From Alphaproteobacteria bacterium (GTDB taxonomy: Bacteria > Pseudomonadota > Alphaproteobacteria > GCA-2731375), in contig CBDDPY010000002.1 in the NCBI GenBank assembly GCA_965232515.1, positions 7,072,001 to 7,136,000 on the forward strand: a stretch of 64,000 bases of DNA. Reading direction: 5' to 3'. The position numbers were made by a program, and so were the translations under genes. The notes beneath the pieces are model-generated. The model was not told the origin of the DNA. It was given only the letters and a program-made list of their open reading frames with translations, and ran no database searches. Numbering within the stretch: position 1 is the first letter of the stretch; the number at the start of each line of letters is the position of its first letter. Shown here in pieces: positions 60,813 to 64,000 of the stretch.

Positions 60813-61757
60813 TCACCTCGTTGGCGTGGTTTCCATGAACCGCAGCGTTCCCTCCAACGACGTCAGAACAGCCTGTGATCCGAGGCCCATAGCGTTCTGC
60901 GCCGAGCTCGCCTGGCCCAGACGTACGCAGTCCTCGATCGATTTTCCGAAATGAAGCCCCGTCGCAAAGCCCGCGTTGAAGCAATCGCCGCATCCGCATG
61001 TGCAGATGACATCTATGTCGTAAGACGGCAGATCGAATGCAACGTTCTTCTGATCCCGATACATGGCGCCGTCGACGCCCAATGTCAGGATGACCGCGCC
61101 GGCGCCCTGGTCGAGCAGGAATTTCGAGACGTCTTCCAGATCGGTCAGGCCGGAGAGCGCCATCGCCTCTTCCTCGGAGGGCATGAAATAGTCCGTATGG
61201 GGCAAGAGGGGGGCGACGAGTTTCATGTCGTCCCGTGTCGCGGCAAACACGTCGAGCGTGGTCGTGGCGCCCCGGTTCTTGGCCGCGGCCATGACCTCGG
61301 CGGTGCGGCCGGAGCCGTCCATTCTGTCCATCAGGCCAACGCCGCCCACATGCAGGATCTTCGTGTCGATCACACGCTCCAGCGCGCTGTCCGAGACGGT
61401 GAAGCCGGCGGTCGCCCCACGTTTGTGCAGGGCGGGACGGGCGCCGTCGGGACGGGTCGTCACGATCGAGGACGATGTCGCGAAGTCGGGGCACAGCTCC
61501 ATGTTCCCGGTGTCGACGCCGAAGCTCTTCAGCTTTTCGATCACCCACTTGCCCATGTCATCGGGACCGATGCCGCCCACCGCCTGCACCTTAAGCCCGT
61601 GCTTGGCCGCGACGATCGCCGCCGAACCGGCCGCGCCCGAAACGGCAAGCGTCAGTTCTTCAATGAAATAGGTGTCGCCGTTGGGCGGGATATTCTCGAC
61701 CGGACGGCCCAGGCAGTCGAAGGTGTAAAACCCGATGGAGGTGTAGTCGAAACTCAT
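60813..61757 (-). CDS. PfkB/ribokinase-family carbohydrate kinase
   Basis: VGGIGPDDMG, ILTLGVDGA, CTCGCGDCFNAGF (variant of the DTxGAGD signature). Confidence 0.9.
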   Translation of the reverse strand: MSFDYTSIGFYTFDCLGRPVENIPPNGDTYFIEELTLAVSGAAGSAAIVAAKHGLKVQAVGGIGPDDMGKWVIEKLKSFGVDTGNMELCPDFATSSSIVTTRPDGARPALHKRGATAGFTVSDSALERVIDTKILHVGGVGLMDRMDGSGRTAEVMAAAKNRGATTTLDVFAATRDDMKLVAPLLPHTDYFMPSEEEAMALSGLTDLEDVSKFLLDQGAGAVILTLGVDGAMYRDQKNVAFDLPSYDIDVICTCGCGDCFNAGFATGLHFGKSIEDCVRLGQASSAQNAMGLGSQAVLTSLEGTLRFMETTPTR

Positions 61758-61760
61758 GCG

Positions 61761-62810
61761 TCACCGAATCCGCGCGCCAGACTCCCGATCGAAGAAGTAG
61801 AGCCGGCTCTGGTCGAAGGCGACGTCCACCGGCTGATCCAGGCCCGCGCGGTAATCGCGGTCGGCCTTGACCTCGATAAGTTTGTCGCCGGCTTTCACGG
61901 TCAAGTATGTCAGATCGCCCGTCGGCTCGATCCCGAATACCTGCCCCGACAGATGGGCGTCCGCGCCCTGAACATGGCAGTCCTCGGGCCGCACGCCCAG
62001 AATGACCTTCCGATCGCCGGTGTCGGGAACGTTTTCGATGGTAATTCCTGGGGCCGTGAATGTTCCGCCCGACACCTGTCCCTCGATCAGGTTCATCGGC
62101 GGTGAACCGATGAAACCGGCCACGAAGGTGTTCGCGGGCTCCGAATAGATGTCGTCCGGCGTGCCGATCTGTTGAATCTCGCCGCCCTCCATGATGACAA
62201 TGCGATCCGCCAGCGTCATGGCCTCGATCTGGTCGTGGGTGACGTATACGGTCGTGATCTTGAGCTGGCGTTGCAGATGCTTGATCTGCACCCGCATCGC
62301 CTGGCGCAGCTTTGCGTCCAGGTTGGACAGCGGCTCGTCCATCAGAAACACCTGAGGCTGGCGCACGATCGCGCGGGCGAGCGCGGCCCGCTGTCTTTGT
62401 CCGCCGGACAATGCGCCGGGCTTGCGGTCGAGATAGTCGCCCAGCTCGACCATGTCCGCCGCCTCGCGGACCAATCGGTCGTGCTGCGGTTTCGGCACCT
62501 TGCGCATGCGGAGCGGGAAGCGGATGTTTTCGTAGATCGTCATGTTCGGATAGAGCGCATAGCTCTGAAACACCATCGCGACGTCGCGGTCGCGGGCGTC
62601 GACCTCGTTCATGACCTGACCGTCCAGGCGGATCTCGCCCTCCGAGGGAACCTCGAGGCCGGCGATCATCCGCATCGTCGTCGTCTTTCCGCAACCCGAC
62701 GGTCCTAGAAAGACGACCAGCTCTTCGTCCGCGATGTCGAGATTGACGTCACGCACGCCCCACACCGCGCCCCAGCGCTTTTGAACTCCTGTAAGCTCGA
62801 TCCGTGCCAC
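61761..62810 (-). CDS. Sugar ABC transporter ATP-binding protein (MalK/UgpC-like)
   Basis: GPSGCGKT, VFQSYALYP, LSGGQRQR, FLMDEPLSNLD, TOBE tail. Confidence 0.95.
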   Translation of the reverse strand: MARIELTGVQKRWGAVWGVRDVNLDIADEELVVFLGPSGCGKTTTMRMIAGLEVPSEGEIRLDGQVMNEVDARDRDVAMVFQSYALYPNMTIYENIRFPLRMRKVPKPQHDRLVREAADMVELGDYLDRKPGALSGGQRQRAALARAIVRQPQVFLMDEPLSNLDAKLRQAMRVQIKHLQRQLKITTVYVTHDQIEAMTLADRIVIMEGGEIQQIGTPDDIYSEPANTFVAGFIGSPPMNLIEGQVSGGTFTAPGITIENVPDTGDRKVILGVRPEDCHVQGADAHLSGQVFGIEPTGDLTYLTVKAGDKLIEVKADRDYRAGLDQPVDVAFDQSRLYFFDRESGARIR

Positions 62811-62816
62811 GGTCCG

Positions 62817-63659
62817 CTATCCCTTGACCGCGCCCATGGTGAGGCCGCGCGACAGGTGTTTCTGTATGGCGAGAACCACCAGGAACACCGGAACGAAGGC
62901 CAGGAAGGCCACCAGTGCGATTGCGTTGTAGATCACGCCGTCGGATCCGCCGGTGAAATTCGCGAGCGCCACCGACATCGTGTAGGCGTTTGGCGTCGAT
63001 GCGATCAGCAAGGTGAACAAGAACTCGTTGATCGCAAATATGGCCGCGATGACCCCGGCGGTGATGATGCCGGGCAGGATCGCGGGAATGATGATCTCCC
63101 ACAGGATCCGCAGGTCGGATGCCCCGTCCGTGCGGGCCGCGTCTTCAAGCTCCTTCGGAATGTCCAGCATGTAGGAGCGGATGATCCAGGTCACGACGGA
63201 CAGGTTGATGGCCGCGTAAATGAGCATCAGCGCCCAAATCGTGTCGAGCAGCCCCATATTCCTGAAAAGGAAGAAGATGGGGATGGCCACGATGGCCGGG
63301 GCCATCATTCGGGTTGAGAGAATGTAGAACCCGATGTCTTCGCGTCCGCGATACTCGAAGCGCGCCAGCGAGTAGGCCGCCGGAATGGCCAGGACCAGGT
63401 CGATAATGACGGAGCCGATAATGGCGGCGACCGAGTTCCGCAGATACTTCGCCATTGGCCAATCTTCCCAAATCATATACCAGGCGTCCAAAGAGAAGGT
63501 CGGCCAGTAGATCGGCTGTGGGGTGATGATTTCCGTCCTTGGACGCAGACCGATGGACAGGAACCACAGCACCGGCGCCAGGCACAACAGCGCCCAGGCG
63601 CCAAGGATCAGGTATCTGACGAAGACGCTCTCGCCGGGATTGCGTCGTACGGATGCCAC
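62817..63659 (-). CDS. Carbohydrate ABC transporter permease (MalG-like)
   Basis: Six TM segments, ELEDAARTDGAS EAA loop. Confidence 0.93.
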   Translation of the reverse strand: MASVRRNPGESVFVRYLILGAWALLCLAPVLWFLSIGLRPRTEIITPQPIYWPTFSLDAWYMIWEDWPMAKYLRNSVAAIIGSVIIDLVLAIPAAYSLARFEYRGREDIGFYILSTRMMAPAIVAIPIFFLFRNMGLLDTIWALMLIYAAINLSVVTWIIRSYMLDIPKELEDAARTDGASDLRILWEIIIPAILPGIITAGVIAAIFAINEFLFTLLIASTPNAYTMSVALANFTGGSDGVIYNAIALVAFLAFVPVFLVVLAIQKHLSRGLTMGAVKG

Positions 63660-63662
63660 GGT

Positions 63663-64000
63663 TCAGGCCCTCCCCGACTTGAACGCGCGCTTAACGACGA
63701 GTTGCGCAACGATGATCGTAAGGATCAGCATGATGACCGACGCGGCCGAGGCGTAGCCGAAGTTAAAGGTCTTAAAGCCGATGCGGTAGATGAAGTAGCT
63801 GATGGTCTCGGTCGTGCCGCCCGGTCCGCCCTTGGTGATGATGAAGACGTTGGCGAACATGGTGGTGATATCGATGCCTCGCAGGATCAGCGCGACGGCG
63901 ATCACCGGACGCATCATCGGCAGGGAGATGTTCCAGAAGATCTGGCTCCATTTGGCCCCGTCGAGGCGCGCGGCCTCTTCCACTTCCTCGTCCTGGCTCT
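63663..64000 (-). CDS. Carbohydrate ABC transporter permease (MalF-like), C-terminal part
   Basis: EEAARLDGA...TKGGPGGTTET...FGYASAAS; open to the window edge. Confidence 0.9.
   Translation of the reverse strand, partial: SQDEEVEEAARLDGAKWSQIFWNISLPMMRPVIAVALILRGIDITTMFANVFIITKGGPGGTTETISYFIYRIGFKTFNFGYASAASVIMLILTIIVAQLVVKRAFKSGRA

Overview
High-GC bacterial DNA, most likely Alphaproteobacteria (inferred from the tRNA-fMet fragment, the CHASE2 cyclase and the iron-box style). Four blocks: (1) 1-30864, minus strand: a type I secretion locus (TolC-like, ABC, HlyD-like) around one 8219-aa adhesin that combines a FecR-like N-terminus, RTX repeats, Ig/cadherin-like repeats and long autotransporter-passenger-like beta-helix modules, followed by a CHASE2 adenylate/guanylate cyclase. 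A tRNA-Met 3' fragment (att-like) lies just to the right at about 31812-31850. (2) 32033-47661, plus strand: an expanded Fap-like functional-amyloid locus with a sigma54 enhancer-binding protein, FapA/B/D/E/F-like genes and six FapC-like subunits. Five of these subunits are tandem, self-contained cassettes (17-bp enhancer, sigma54 promoter, RBS, gene, intrinsic terminator). Ten sigma54 promoters and eight copies of a TGT-N11-ACA motif are visible. (3) 48847-59002: an iron cluster (bfr, bfd, DUF1513, two imelysins, di-heme oxidoreductase, TonB-ExbBD) with Fur-like boxes. (4) 59448-64000: the distal part of a sugar ABC / PfkB kinase operon. The best candidate for an undescribed system is the amplified, individually regulated amyloid-subunit array. 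Second is the FecR-adhesin / CHASE2-cyclase pairing. All family assignments come from motif recognition by eye; no database search was run.
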